A stretch of 64,000 nt of DNA, taken from contig OX597826.1 in NCBI GenBank assembly GCA_951406725.2, positions 8,432,001-8,496,000 of the forward strand, read 5' to 3'. The DNA is from Octopus vulgaris (lineage: Eukaryota). Below, piece after piece: positions 25,735 through 39,692 of the stretch. Position 1 is the first letter of the stretch. Each line of letters begins with the position of its first letter. Both the position numbers and the translations under genes were made by a program. Below the pieces are notes generated by a model. That model saw nothing but the letters and a program-made list of their open reading frames with translations. It searched no databases and was not told the DNA's origin.

Positions 25735-26130
25735 GAAATATTAGCACGCCGGCAAAATGCTTCTTGGCATTTCCTCTGTCTTTACGTTCTGAGTTCAAAT
25801 TCCACCGGGGCCGGCTTTGCCATTCCTCCTTCCGAGGTCGATAAAATAGGTACCAGTTGAGCACTAGGGTCGATATAATCGACAAGCCCTTCACCCAAAA
25901 TCGCTGGCTTTGTGCCAAAATTTGAAACGTCTATATACAGAAGTTGAAGCAGCGCGTCGACGGTATTCCCTCCGATTCTTTATGTTCTGAGTTCAAATCC
26001 CGCTGAGATCAACTTTGCTTTTCTTCCTTTTGAAGGTCGATAAAATAAATACCAGTCAAGTACTAGGGTCGATGTAATCAAGTTAAACCATTCCCTTGGA
26101 ATTACTAAACTTCTGCGAAAATTAGAAAGA
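25735..26130 (+). mobile_element. two family B SINE copies
   Basis: ttctgagttcaaat...ggtcgataaaata..taccag motifs. Confidence 0.75.
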
Positions 26131-26635
26131 GTATTTTGTGAAAAGAATTCAGAATCTTTTACGAATCGAAACCGTAATACAAGCTGTGAATACCAGTAGA
26201 CTTCCTTTCAATTTTCATCACTCATTCTAATCCACAACTTAACATTCGTCATTCATTTTAGCTGTATATCCAGTGAGGTGATTCTGTCTGAATATTTTAC
26301 ATTATTGATGTCATCAGTCAACTACAGTACCTCACCATTTATCAGTTTCCAAACTCTGTTACCGGTCAACAACACAGATGTCAAGCCAATATATCTGTTG
26401 TTTTGTTTTGCTTTTTGGGGGGATGGGGGGTATCCATTTTGTTTCGTTCGTATCTATTTAGTTTTAGGGGTTCTTATTTTTTCGTTTTTTTTTGTTGTTG
26501 TGATAAATAGTAAATAAGAATAATAATAACAACATTAAGAATAGTAACATATATGTCAGTATCTTGACAGACATAGATTTATAAGTGGTTTATTTGAAAC
26601 GTGCGTGTTTGTGTGTGTTTGTGACTGTTTGTGTG

Positions 26636-27000
26636 GATGTGTGGTAAGTAGCTTGCTTACCAACCACATGGTTCCGGGTTCAGTCCCACTGCGTGGCATT
26701 TTGGGCAAGTGTCTTCTACTATAGCCTCGGGCCGAGTGGATTTGGTAGGCAGAAACTGAAAGAAGCCCGTCGTACATATGTATATATATATATGTGTGTG
26801 TGTCTGTGTTTGTCCCCCCAATATCGCTTGAAAACCGATACTGGTGTGTTTACGTCCCCGTAACTTAGCGGTTGGGCAAAAAGAGACCGATAGAATAAGT
26901 ACTAGGCTTACAAGGAATGAGTCCTGGGGTCGATTTGCTCGACTAAAGGCGGTGCTCAAGCATGGCCACAGTCAAATGACTGAAACAAGTAAAAGAGAAA
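26636..27000 (+). mobile_element. SINE family A
   Basis: Homologous to other family A copies; tail gaaacaagtaaaagag. Confidence 0.9.
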
Positions 27001-27159
27001 GAGAAAGACATATATACAGACATGTTACTAAATGTAAAAATAAACCAAAATATGTAGTGTGTGTGTGTTTGTATGTATATATACATTAATGCGTATGACA
27101 TTGAAATATGCATTTTTGTAAATAAGAACAAAGAGCAGTGATCCGAGAAATGGTAATCG

Positions 27160-27596
27160 TGAACGGTTCGCCATTACCATCTCTCACGCTTGCTGAATCT
27201 TCTCATAAGTGGTGGAGGTTGACTGGCGCCCTGCTCCCTCTTCGCGTGTCACCCTTGTCCCGCCGCTTTTAAACTTCTCGATCCACTCACACACACTTCT
27301 GCGTGGTAGTGCGCTATCCTTGTATTACGCTAAAAGCCTCAGATGAATATGAGTACCTGACACTCCTTCCGACCAGAGAAATCGTACCACTGCTTTCTGT
27401 TCTTCTTTGGTGGACATCGCGAGTGGAGCGGCGATGCTTACTCTCTAAATCCAGAAATCGAAATGACGCGATCACGCTCAAACTTCGATCACGTGACCAC
27501 AACAGTACCAAGTATAAGCACGCATGCACAGAAGGCAGTGTGACAATAATGTTATGATATGGCGAAAGTGTGGATATTTTTTGACTTCCCCTCGTA
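27160..27596 (-). mobile_element. mariner transposon 5' part (terminal repeat plus helix-turn-helix region of the transposase, pseudogenised)
   Basis: Reverse complement starts TACGAGGGGAAGTCAAAAAATATCC and encodes STKEEQKAVVRFLWSEGVSGTHIH...SVCEWIEKFKSG.TRV....GAGRQSTS with stops. Confidence 0.85.
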
Positions 27597-27597
27597 G

Positions 27598-27632
<35 letters not shown>

Positions 27633-27633
<1 letters not shown>

Positions 27634-28040
27634 TTTACTCTTTTACTTGTTTCAGTCATTTGACTGTGGCCATGCTGGAGCACCGCCTTTAGTCGAGCAA
27701 ATCGACCCCGGGACTTATTGTTTGTAAGCCCAGTACTTATTCTATCGGTCTCTTTTGCCGAACCGCAAAATGAAGGGGACGTAAGCACACCAGCATCGGT
27801 TGTCAAGCAATGCTAGGGGGACAAACACAGACAGACAAACACATACACACACACTTATATATATATATGCATATATACGACGGGCTTCTTTCAGTTTCCG
27901 TCTACCAAATCCACTCACAAGGCATTGGTCGGCCCGGGGCTATAGCAGGAGACACTTGCCCAAGATGCCACGCAGTGGGACTGAATCCGGAACCATGTGG
28001 TTGGTTAGCAAGCTACTTACCACACAGCCACTCCTGCGCC
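27633..28040 (-). mobile_element. SINE family A, full length
   Basis: Reverse complement of the family A consensus from head to tail. Confidence 0.9.
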
Positions 28041-28100
28041 TATATATATTGCTAGCCACTACACATTCTTTATTTTCTCTCCCTGTTTCCTTCCGTGTTC

Positions 28101-28137
28101 CTTTCTGTGAAAGACCGTAAGGTCGAAACGTTAAAAA
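28101..28137 (+). ncRNA. degenerate hammerhead-like motif
   Basis: ttt-CTG-TGA-aa-GACC-gtaa-GGTC-GAAAC-GTT-aaa; GNRA-capped stem II, core lacks one A. Confidence 0.35.
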
Positions 28138-28234
28138 CTTTTTCAGTTCCCGAGCGTTAAACTAATACATCTGTCTGTTGTCTACAGCACCTGTCTTCGT
28201 CTTTTTTTGTGTGAATTCTCTTCATACATATTTA

Positions 28235-28468
28235 CATACACACACACATACATACATACATACATACATACGTACGTACGTATATACATACATACATAAT
28301 ACATACATACATACATACATACATACATACATACATACATGCATGCATGCATGCATACATACATATACATACATACATACATAATACATACATACATACA
28401 TACATACATACATACATACATACATGCATGCATGCATGCATACATACATACGTACATACACACATACG

Positions 28469-28502
<34 letters not shown>

Positions 28503-28720
28503 CATACATACACATATGTATACATACATACATACATACATACATACATACATACATACGTACATACATACATACATACTTACATACATACATACATACA
28601 CACATACATACATACATACATACATACATACATACATACATACATACATACATACATACATACATACATACATACATACATACATACATACATACATACA
28701 TACATACATACATACATACA

Positions 28721-28754
<34 letters not shown>

Positions 28755-28765
28755 CATACATACAC
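28235..28765. repeat. (TACA)n microsatellite
   Basis: Direct reading. Confidence 0.95.
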
Positions 28766-28859
28766 TCAGGCATTAATGATACATTGTAACTAAAAAAAGC
28801 ACGCATAAAGTTTTCAATTATGCACAAACCAATGAACGCGTATTAGATACATTCAGTAC

Positions 28860-29720
28860 AGACTTTTTGTAAACTTCCAATAATATTACTATATCGACTC
28901 AAGTATCATAAATTTTGTAAAATATTACAGCTAATGCAAATTTAACTTTCATCGCGTACAAAATGTTAGACACACATATATTTACACAGATTCCAAATAT
29001 CCTACCATAAATTTTAAAACCTTGATTAATAACATCAGTAGAAGAATCGGAAACCTATCATCGAATAAAGAAATATTCATTAATGATGTTCTATAATTTA
29101 ATTAAGCATTAAAATAATATCGGACTGAAAATAAGATCTCATATACTCCTGAGGCTCTGGAATCCAATTTTGTGAAGAACTGCAATGATATAATCTTGTA
29201 CCCTACATTTTCCTTCAATGTTAAGTCTAATATTTCTATCTAGCTTTAATAAATATCATTGCTTGGAATAATAGAGAAATCTATTGTATAGAAATAATTT
29301 TACACAAATTTACAGCTGCACTATCAAGAAAACAAAATTTGATTACATGTAAACGAACGAAATTAACTAAGACTAAATGTATCTAAACAAACACAAACAC
29401 ATGTTCTCTAAAACAATAAGGAAACACTGAAGTAATTATATATTGTGCTCAAATCAGCTAAAGGGAATATTGTAGATAAACAGTATATATGAAAGCGGAA
29501 GGTAAATTGAAATAAACTTACTTCAAATATATTTCGTTTTTGAGAACTAGAGAAAGCGGGAAATTATGTTCTGTACAGTTATATCAGAAGACATGACACT
29601 CATGCAGAAAAGGCGCAAAGAGTTGCGGATTATGTTCAGCTGAAAAGATACGAATACGAAGATTTGTAAATGTCAGAGAAGAAGAATTTGACAAATGTCA
29701 CAGCTTCCAGAAGAAAATTC
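28860..29720 (+). mobile_element. degraded Penelope-like element (RT thumb, linker, GIY-YIG endonuclease)
   Basis: With stops and frameshifts: YIYTDSKYP..FKTLINNISRRIGNLSSNKEIF, IILYPTFSFNVKSNI, CSLKQ.GNTEVIIYCAQI, KQYI, GAKSCGLCSAEKIRI. These follow the Penelope motifs SNHPP..ISRRIS.LSS, WFNPP.S.NVKTNI, C...IY...YIG and C.LC..EK in order. Confidence 0.7.
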
Positions 29721-30702
29721 CGAAACTCAAGGAGATTATTCCCACCACCCGATTGAAAGAATCGAGTCTTAGTTATTTACCAGGTGGATTCGCATGTTCT
29801 TTCCTCCCACTCTCACCCCCTCTCTCTCTCTCTCTTTCTCTCTCTCCCTCTCCCTCTCTTAGCTTCTCTAGTTTTGATAGACTTTCAATCTCTTACGATA
29901 GTTTACAAAAATATTCTCATTAACGTGTTAAAATTTCCAATCCTACAAATGTATAAAATTTCCACCCCGAATGTTTTTTATTATATCCTGCGTACTACAG
30001 TATCTTGTTCTTGAATGTTTCTTCTGTTCTTTTGTAAAATCATACAGGTTTCATATTTCTAACGTTCTAAGCAGGAACGTTGGTCTTCATGTCCATCTTT
30101 CATAAAACTAAGATGGAGACGAACACCAAGGCCCTATGCACAAAATACCTGATTATTGTAAAAAGATATGCCCAGCTGTATCGACCTTTAGCTTTCCCTG
30201 GGACAACGTCAGTAGCATGGAGACGGGAGGCTCGTATGCATGAGCGACTGCTGGTTTTCCCTAAGCAACCGGGGATTTATTTTCGAGGTGCGATCACAAG
30301 GTCATTCATGACCGGGGTAGATCTTTACTTATACTTTACTCTATTACATCGCTCAGTCTTCTCTACAACATTACTTCTCTATTTTATTGACATCGAAAAT
30401 ATACAGGGTTAGTGTGATCTTGGCAGGTCTTGAAGTAAGTGAATAAAACCAGAGCATATGGCCCTTTAACAATTAGTCTTATGCACCACCGTATTACAAG
30501 TATATGCAACTCGGAGAACACACTAAAAGAATCTTTACAAGACTAGTGTGTGATATGATATGTTATAAAGATCTATACACCAATATATTGGAATAGATGT
30601 AGGAATGATGTTATATAATGTCAAAAGACCATGAATTCCCCAGATATATATATATATCGCCCTAAATACATATCTTTGGATAATTATGTTTGCGTGTTTC
30701 TC

Positions 30703-30735
<33 letters not shown>

Positions 30736-30892
30736 ATTTGTGTGTGTGTGTGTGCATTTGTGTGTGTGTATGTGTGTGAGAGAGATAGAGTCCCTTACTG
30801 CTTGAGTGAGTGTGTGTGTATGTATGTGTGTGTGTGTGTGTGTCGGTGTCAGATTTCGTTTTGTGATGTGTGTTTCTGTAGGTTCATGCATA

Positions 30893-31054
30893 GGCGTAGA
30901 AGTGGCTGTGTGGTGAGTAGCTTGCTTACGAACCACATGCTTCTGGGTTCAGTCCCACTGCGTGGCACCTTGCACAAGCGTCTTCTACTATAGTCTCGGG
31001 ACAACCAAAGCCTTGTGAGTGGATTTGGTAGACGGAAACTGAAAGAAGCCCGTC

Positions 31055-31097
<43 letters not shown>

Positions 31098-31342
31098 CAC
31101 ATATATATATATATGTACGTGTGTGTATATGTTTGTGTGTCTGTGTTTGTCACCCCAACATCGCTTGACAACCGATGCTGGTGTGTTTACGTCCTCGTAA
31201 CTTAGCAGTTCGGCAAAAGAAACCAATAGAATAAGTACTAGGCTTACAGAGAAAAAGTCCTGGGGTCGATTTGTTCAACTAAAGGCGGTGCTCCAGCATG
31301 GCCACAGTCAAATGACCGAAACAAGTGAAAGAGTAAAAGAGT
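30893..31342 (+). mobile_element. SINE family A, full length
   Basis: Homology to other copies. Confidence 0.9.
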
Positions 31343-31487
31343 ATTAACCATGAATAGGCAACGTAATGTGTGTGTACAATTGCATGAGTACCCTCTTTTT
31401 TTTGTATTCGTTTCACTGTTCATGCATGCTTTTATTGTGTCTTAACGTGTTTAAATGTGTGTATTTATGAGTGTGTACGCGTGCGTA

Positions 31488-31518
<31 letters not shown>

Positions 31519-31695
31519 GTATGTGTGCATGTGTAGGTCTTGTTTCGCGTGTAACTGCACGTCTGTATGTCTGCACATGCAACTTCGTATGCGAGTACGT
31601 GTGTGTTTAAGACCAGAGTCATTTCCCTAGAATTTGATGGTTATTACTCGCTCTTTTGCCAGATTTATTGGCAGCTGAGGATTCCCACCTGCATA

Positions 31696-31726
<31 letters not shown>

Positions 31727-32147
31727 ACAAATCAAATAGATATTTGCTAAAAAAAAAAGGAATTCAAAAACGAAAAAAAAACACAGATATAACAAAAATA
31801 AATCATATCAGTAAAAAAAAAAACATAAATAAATACACAAGAGCTAAAAACTAAGTCAACCATAGAAAATTGCTCTTGCTTAACAAGGTCCCATGTGAGT
31901 AAGAAAGGGGGAGGAGGAGAGCAGTGGTAGGAGTAAAACGTGAACGCAAGCAGGTTGTGTTTTACCAGTTTAGGTTAATTAACTTCACAACAGTATATTG
32001 ATCATTCCTTGCTGCAAAAATAAAGAAAGGATATCAAAAAGAAACCACCTGTAACAATTATAAGCCTCTCACTCATTATTTTCTCATATTCATTGTTTTT
32101 GGCCTGTTATTTTTGTTTCTTTTCTTTCAATACATATCCCTTTCCTG

Positions 32148-32159
32148 ACTATCTATCTG

Positions 32160-32196
<37 letters not shown>

Positions 32197-32235
32197 ATAT
32201 CTATCTGTCTATCTGTCTATCTATATATCTCTCTC

Positions 32236-32282
<47 letters not shown>

Positions 32283-32330
32283 GTCCATCTATCTGTCCAT
32301 CTATCTATCTATCTGTCCATCTATCTGTCC

Positions 32331-32388
<58 letters not shown>

Positions 32389-32731
32389 TTATTTATTTAT
32401 CTATCTATTTGTCTGTCTATTTATCTATCGTTCTGTCTGATTATATATATCTATCTTTCTATCTATTTGTCTGTCTTTCTCTTTGCCTGCCTGTCCATTT
32501 ATTTATCTGTCTACCTATATATCTATCTATTTACTTATTTGTCTGTCTGTCTGCTTGTTTGTCTATTTATCTATCTGTCTATCTATCTATCTATCCATCC
32601 ATTTATTTACCTATTTATCATCTATCTATCACTCCATCTATCGATCCATCTATTTATCTATCTATCCATCAATCTATCCATCCATATATTTATCAATCTA
32701 TCAATCCATTTATTCATCTATCTATCTCTCT

Positions 32732-32802
<71 letters not shown>

Positions 32803-32910
32803 CTATATATATATATCTGTCTATCTATTTAGCTATCTATCTATCCATCCATCTATTCATCCATATATCTCTCTATCTATCTGTCTTCTATCTATCTATC
32901 TATCTATCTA

Positions 32911-32950
<40 letters not shown>

Positions 32951-32960
32951 CACACACATA
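32148..32960. repeat. (TCTA)n microsatellite
   Basis: Direct reading. Confidence 0.95.
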
Positions 32961-33074
32961 CACACACATCTATCTATTTCTTCAAACTCTTTCACTTAAA
33001 CCTCATTCCCTATCTCTCCTTTTTTCTTTCCTTTTCCTCCTGCTGATTTGTAAACGTCTTCATTTCCATCCATT

Positions 33075-33660
33075 TTATCACCACCACCACCAAGACCACC
33101 ACCACCACCACCACCACCACCACTACCACCACTACCATCAGCAGTAATCGTCGTAGTCATTTACTTACCTCGATTCCAGACGCCGTTGTCCTCGTCGTCG
33201 CCATCATCAACATCCTGCTCATCATCCTCCTCCTCATCATCATCATCATCACCATCATTATCATCCATATCATGATCATCACCATCGTAACCAACATCAT
33301 TATCAATCATCATGATCGTCATCATCATCATCTTCAGCGTGACAACCTCCACTACCAGCAGCAGCAGCATCCTCTATGTCCGTCGTCGGCGTTGTCGGTG
33401 TCATTGACAGCATTCGATATCATGATCATATTTATTCACCCACATCAAAATCATCGATCATTATCAACGGTAGCAGCAGCAACAACGGATTCTACAAAAT
33501 TGTTGTCCTCACAATTGTAAACGGCACCGCCGCCCACCGCCACCATCATCATCATCATCACCATCATCATACCATCGTCGTCATCATTATCATCATCATC
33601 GCTATCATCATCATCATCATCGACATCATCAGCAATACCCTCATCATCATCATCATCATC

Positions 33661-33697
<37 letters not shown>

Positions 33698-33793
33698 CAT
33701 CATCATCATCGTTACTATCACCATCATCATCGTCGTCGTCGTCGTTGTCATCATTATCATCATCATCATCATCAACACACTCATTATCATCAG

Positions 33794-33826
<33 letters not shown>

Positions 33827-34256
33827 TATCATCATCAACACCCTCATCATCATCATCATCATCATTATCATCATCATTGTTATTATCATCATCATTGTTA
33901 TCATCCTCATCATCGTCACCACCATCATCGTCGTCGTCGTCATCATTATCATCATCATCGGTATCATCATCATAATTATCATCGCCGTTGTGGTTGATGT
34001 GTGTCTCCTTTCCATCATCGTCTACTTGGTCATCCGTCTCCGTTTCTTATATTTTTCCTCCTCCGCATTATTATCAGTATCATCAGCATCAACATCATCA
34101 CCACCAACAACATCATCACCAACATCATCATCATCATCCACAACATCAACAACGTCGTTCCCATCACCATCATCATCAGCAGTAGCAGCAACAGCTGCCA
34201 CATCAGCATTATCAACATCATCATTATCATCAGCACCACCTCCACCACCATTGATA

Positions 34257-34332
<76 letters not shown>

Positions 34333-34417
34333 TAATAATAATAATAATAATAATAATTGTTACTATTATTATTATTATAAAAATAATAAAATCAACAACA
34401 ACAACGACAAAAACAGC

Positions 34418-34479
<62 letters not shown>

Positions 34480-35204
34480 TAATCGTTAATTTTTATACAA
34501 GTAGTGATCGTCGTAGCAGCATCATAAATTATCACTCGTCATCATCAAAACTCATTAATAACAATAATTATTACTAATTATAATCATATTAGTCATCTTC
34601 ATCATCTTAATAAGCATAACAATCGCTGTACTCCGCATCATCATCATCATCATCATCCGCGTCATCAGCACACGCAACAGCAGCAACAGCGGCAGCAGCA
34701 GCAGCAGCACCCGAAATGTCTTCGCTATCACAATCATAATGATCGATCTCGTCAGTATAATAACACTCTTCGTCGCTCCCGTCATTCATCACCGTCATTA
34801 TCATCATCATCATCGTCATCATCATCATCATCATCATCATCATCACCATTCACATCATTCATCACCGTCATCATCATCATCATCATCGTCATCATAAACA
34901 TCAACATCATCATTATCATCTCAACCACCATCACCGCCACCACCACCAACACCCCCACTAGAACCACTACCATCATTATCATCACCATCCCCGTTATCTG
35001 CACCCACACCCGAACAACCACCACCTTCACCATCATCATCATCACCATCATCATCATTATCATCACCATCATCATCACCATTACCATCACCACCACCACC
35101 ACCATCATCATCATCATGATCATCACCACCACCATCATCATCATGATCATCTTCGTCATCATCATCATCATCATCATCATCATTGTCATCATCATCATCA
35201 TCGG

Positions 35205-35237
<33 letters not shown>

Positions 35238-35468
35238 TGTCATCATCATCATCATCGGCATCATCATCATCATCATCATCGTTATTGTAACCGTTTTCAT
35301 CATCATCATCATCATCATTGTCATCATCATCATCATCACCATCATCATCATTATCATCACCATCATCATCACCATTACCATCACCACCACCACCACCATC
35401 ATCATCATCATGATCATCACCACCACCATCATCATCATGATCATCTTCGTCATCATCATCATCATCGG

Positions 35469-35501
<33 letters not shown>

Positions 35502-35521
35502 TGTCATCATCATCATCATTG

Positions 35522-35552
<31 letters not shown>

Positions 35553-35600
35553 ATTCATCATTACGATCACTATCTTAATCATTCTCATTAGCATCATTAG
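33075..35600. repeat. 2.5-kb compound (CAT)n/(CAC)n/(TAA)n low-complexity tract
   Basis: Direct reading. Confidence 0.93.
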
Positions 35601-35869
35601 AATTTACGACGATGCAATTTTTACCAGTTTCTCTTTCTTCACTAATGTGTTTATTGCTATTATTTTTTCTGCTTTGCACACCGCCTGTACTTCGGTTCTC
35701 TATTTCGGCCTTGGACCCTTTCCAGTATTCTAAAGTTAGAATATCCTTGAACCCCTACAACTGTCTGTATGAGTTTAGCTTTCTCTCTAGTTTTCAAAAT
35801 GCTTTAACTGCGTCCGCGCAATGTAACGTTTGCGTTCACACATATGTAAGGATATATGTATACATATTA

Positions 35870-36050
35870 CAATTCTATATTTAAGAGATGAGGAATTATG
35901 TACGTTATTTACATTATTTACATTGGACGGACATTTATCCTCATCTTATTTGTTAACACAATGTTTCGTCTGATATACCCTCCAGCCTTCTTCAGGTGTC
36001 TTGAGGAAATTTCGAACCTGGGTTCTCATTCCTAAGGTATTTTTCGATGT
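35870..36050 (-). mobile_element. short hammerhead-bearing repeat, second copy
   Basis: Homologous to 7042-7192 and preceded by (TAA)n on the minus strand. Confidence 0.7.
35955..36000 (-). ncRNA. minimal type-I hammerhead ribozyme motif
   Basis: Reverse complement GACAC-CTGAAGA-a-ggctg..cagac-GAAAC-ATT-GTGTT; intact CUGANGA core, mutated stems II and III. Confidence 0.6.
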
Positions 36051-36095
36051 TGTTGTTATTATTATTATTATAATTATTATTATTATTATTATTAT

Positions 36096-36148
<53 letters not shown>

Positions 36149-36655
36149 TTGAGTCAGAGAGCAGTGCATGCCATCAAAGTGACACTGGGGTAAAATATAC
36201 GAAGCCCAGTATACCCATCATGACTACCCGTCTGATAAGGGTACACTAGGCACATGCATCACAATCATGTGTGCGCGGCATGGTGATCTTATATCAAGAT
36301 AAACAACGTATGACCTTACAGTGGACTCAATTAGAATTTTCTTCTGATCGAGTAGCCCTTCTCGCTCAAAAGTTCCCTGAATAAGGGTTGTTTAAGGATG
36401 TTGAACGAACCACCCATGTTTCCAAAGGTGAATTATCCAAACCTCTAAGAATTCCTTTCAACGCACGGCTATGACGTTTCCCCACTACTTCTGCTCATGA
36501 TCAGAGATGCACATATCGTCAGCCACTAAGGGACATGCTCAGCTGGTTAAGGTCAAACAACTGACAAGCAAATTTGAGGTATTGAGCAGAATATTTGCTG
36601 TAGCCCATCTTTTATACCAAGACAAAACAATGTACATGATAACACTATAATAATA

Positions 36656-36749
<94 letters not shown>

Positions 36750-36759
36750 TCACTGCTTG

Positions 36760-37400
36760 GAATCGAACCATCGACCATATCACAAACGAATGCCCTAGAC
36801 TTGCCCAAAACCACTACAAGCTGTGACGAGACGATCAGGTAGCGAAAGTGATCCATTGGAAACTGTGCGATAAGTGGGTGCTTGGGAGAGGAAAGACGTG
36901 TCATTGGCACAAACCGCAGAAAGTGACGGAGTCGGAGACTGGCAAAATCCTCTGGGACTTCCCAGCCCTAACAGATCAGGTGCTAGATCTTACAGACCAG
37001 ACCTAATGGTGAACGACAAGATGCACATGTACTATATAGTTGATGTTGCATATCCCTTTGATTCACGAATATTCAAGAAGGAAGACGACAATATAGATAC
37101 GACCCTCTTAAGTACGAAATAGCCCGGATATGGAAAATGAAATAGATGAAGATAGTGCCAATTAATGTTGGGTCCTTGGGGACAGTATCAGAAGGCATCA
37201 AGAGGAATATAAAGGATACTGGAATAGCGTGTCCAGTACAAATAGCTTTCCTCCTTGGCACAGCTAGAATAAGCAGGAAAGTATTAGATAGTTGGAAAAG
37301 AATGGATTATATGCTGTCGTAGGCTTCACGTAGCAAGCACGAAACGCATGCAAACCACCAGGAGCTCCAAGAAATCTTGTGATAAAAACAAATATTAATA
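36760..37400 (+). mobile_element. degraded Dong/R4-like 3' fragment, second subfamily
   Basis: ETIDHI-like..ECPRLAQNHYK..DQVAKVIHWKLC...RPDLMV...IVDVAYP; homologous to 60645-61470. Confidence 0.8.
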
Positions 37401-37532
37401 ACGTTAATAGTTGAAGGATGAGTTTCATAAAAGTTTTAACGCATCGCTACGCGCGTTTCGACTAAATTGCATGTTGCTTGTGACCATTATCCGCATGCAT
37501 AGGATGATGACCATATAATAACTAATATCCAT

Positions 37533-37628
<96 letters not shown>

Positions 37629-37884
37629 GTCCTCAGGTCACACGGAAGATTAATTTGAAGAAAACTAAAAGAGCATTTCACATCTTCATATGAAATATCT
37701 TTTAGAATTGACTTAAATTTAAATGTCGTAAACTTACAAAACATACAATAATAATACGTTCACCTTGTTTTATTTATCATGTCTGTGTTTGGCAAAGTTG
37801 CATAAAACGTTTTCTCTAAAAAATCTCACGATTTAGATTTCCAAAGTAGTTTTTTATTGCTTTGAATATCCTTAACAATTTTAG

Positions 37885-38652
37885 CCGGCAAGCTGGCAGA
37901 GTCGTTAGCAGGCCAGGTAAAATTCTTAGCAGCATTTCATCCGTCTTCGCGGTCTGAGTTCGAATTTCTTCCATTATTTCGTGGTCGAAAAACAGAATAT
38001 CGAGTAAGCACTGGTGTCCATGTAATCGCTTTGCCCTCTTTCTCGAAAATGGTGGCCTTGTGCTAAAATTTGAAATCAATATTGCTGCTGTTTAAGGTGG
38101 CAAGCTAACAGAATGGTTAACACGCTGTGAAAAATGCTCAGCATCATTTCTTCCCTCTTTGCGTTCTGTGTTCAAATTCCCCCGAGGTCGACTATGCCAT
38201 TCATCCTTTTGGGGGAAAGTCGATAAATTAAGTACCAGTTGAGCATTGGGATCGATGTAATCGACTTACCCATTCTTCCAAACTCGCTGGTCTTATGCTA
38301 AAATTTTAGACCAATATTCTTAGCGGACTGAGGTATCTGTTGTGGTATATCTTTGGAGAACAACTGAACTTCTGAGTTCGATCTTGAGCAAATGTATTGT
38401 CTGGGATCACCTCATACTTTCTCAATCGATTTTGTTTGGTGGAAACTGTATAGACGCGGCAAGCTGGCAGAAACGTTAGCAAGCCGGGCGAAATGCTTAG
38501 CAGCATTTCGTCTGCCAATATGTTCTGAGTTCAAATTCCGCCGTGGTCGACTTTGCCTTTCATCCTTTCGAGGTCGATAAATTAACTACCATTTACGCAC
38601 TGTCCTTGTTTGTCCCCTCTATGTTTATCCCCTTGTGGGCAATAAAGAAATA
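37885..38652 (+). mobile_element. three family B SINE copies (~37885-38075, ~38096-38310, 38456-38652)
   Basis: Head and Meta-core motifs; the last copy has an imperfect TSD aaactg(t/c)ataga. Confidence 0.8.
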
Positions 38653-39304
38653 GCAAACTGCATAGAATCCCATTGTTTGGATCGTTCTAGAAATTCAAAG
38701 ATATAACTTGGTTTCATTCAGATATTATGACCGATTTATTCTGCTTTAGAATTACATTGACGGTACACGTGACTGTGAAATGCTCAGTCACTTGCACGCT
38801 AATTCAAAAGCCCGTAATTCAGTTGATCCAACGAAGCAGTCCTCGACGTCAAACGACGGATAACCGCCATCATCTGTGGCATATAGGAATTCCATTTTCT
38901 GATGATTCAATGATTTGTACATGAGTCATTAAATACAACAGCGATCTTGTAAATAATAACAAATAAAAATTTGGCTTTAAATAATGTAACAAAACATTCA
39001 TTAAAATCTGCGACAACATTTCCAATATCGAAAAGCAAAAAAAAAAAAAAAAAAAGAAAAGAAATTTGAGATCGCTAAAAGTCAATAGTGTCAAGAAACC
39101 AATATCATCTTATGTTATTTATCAAGGGTTTCCTTCTCTTTTTTTTTTTCTTTTTTGTTATATTTAGTAAAAATTAACGTTCGTTTAAGAATTCACTGTA
39201 GAAAGTCATGCTTTAAATATAAAGATATCGCACAATCTACACATGTGTGTGTGTGTGTGTGTGTGCGTCCGCGCGTGTGTGTGTGTGTGTGCGTGTGTGT
39301 GTGC

Positions 39305-39396
<92 letters not shown>

Positions 39397-39616
39397 GGGG
39401 CTTGGTTCTCTGGTGATCTAAACGAATAGGTACGCTGGGTAAGTGCTGTAAAGGATTATCAGAGTTCGAAGCTCGTTACTCAGACGGGAGCTATGGATCC
39501 ATCTTAGGTTTCCGATTTAACAGATATATATTTGTGAAAGAGGACAACAAACACCGAGGCATAACAAGCATCTCAGCTCACATACGTTATTCTATATTAT
39601 TTCTAAATTAGTTGAG

Positions 39617-39692
39617 GTCTTACAGCTGTTTCTGGGATATCTCGAATGATAGGTGAGTGTGCATGGATATTGGGTATTCCGTCATCAGAGAC
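39617..39692 (-). ncRNA. type-I hammerhead ribozyme motif with intact core and long stem II region
   Basis: Reverse complement gtct-CTGATGA-cggaatacc..(long loop)..gatatccca-GAAAC-agct-GTA-agac; same stems I and III as 3598-3645. Confidence 0.65.
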
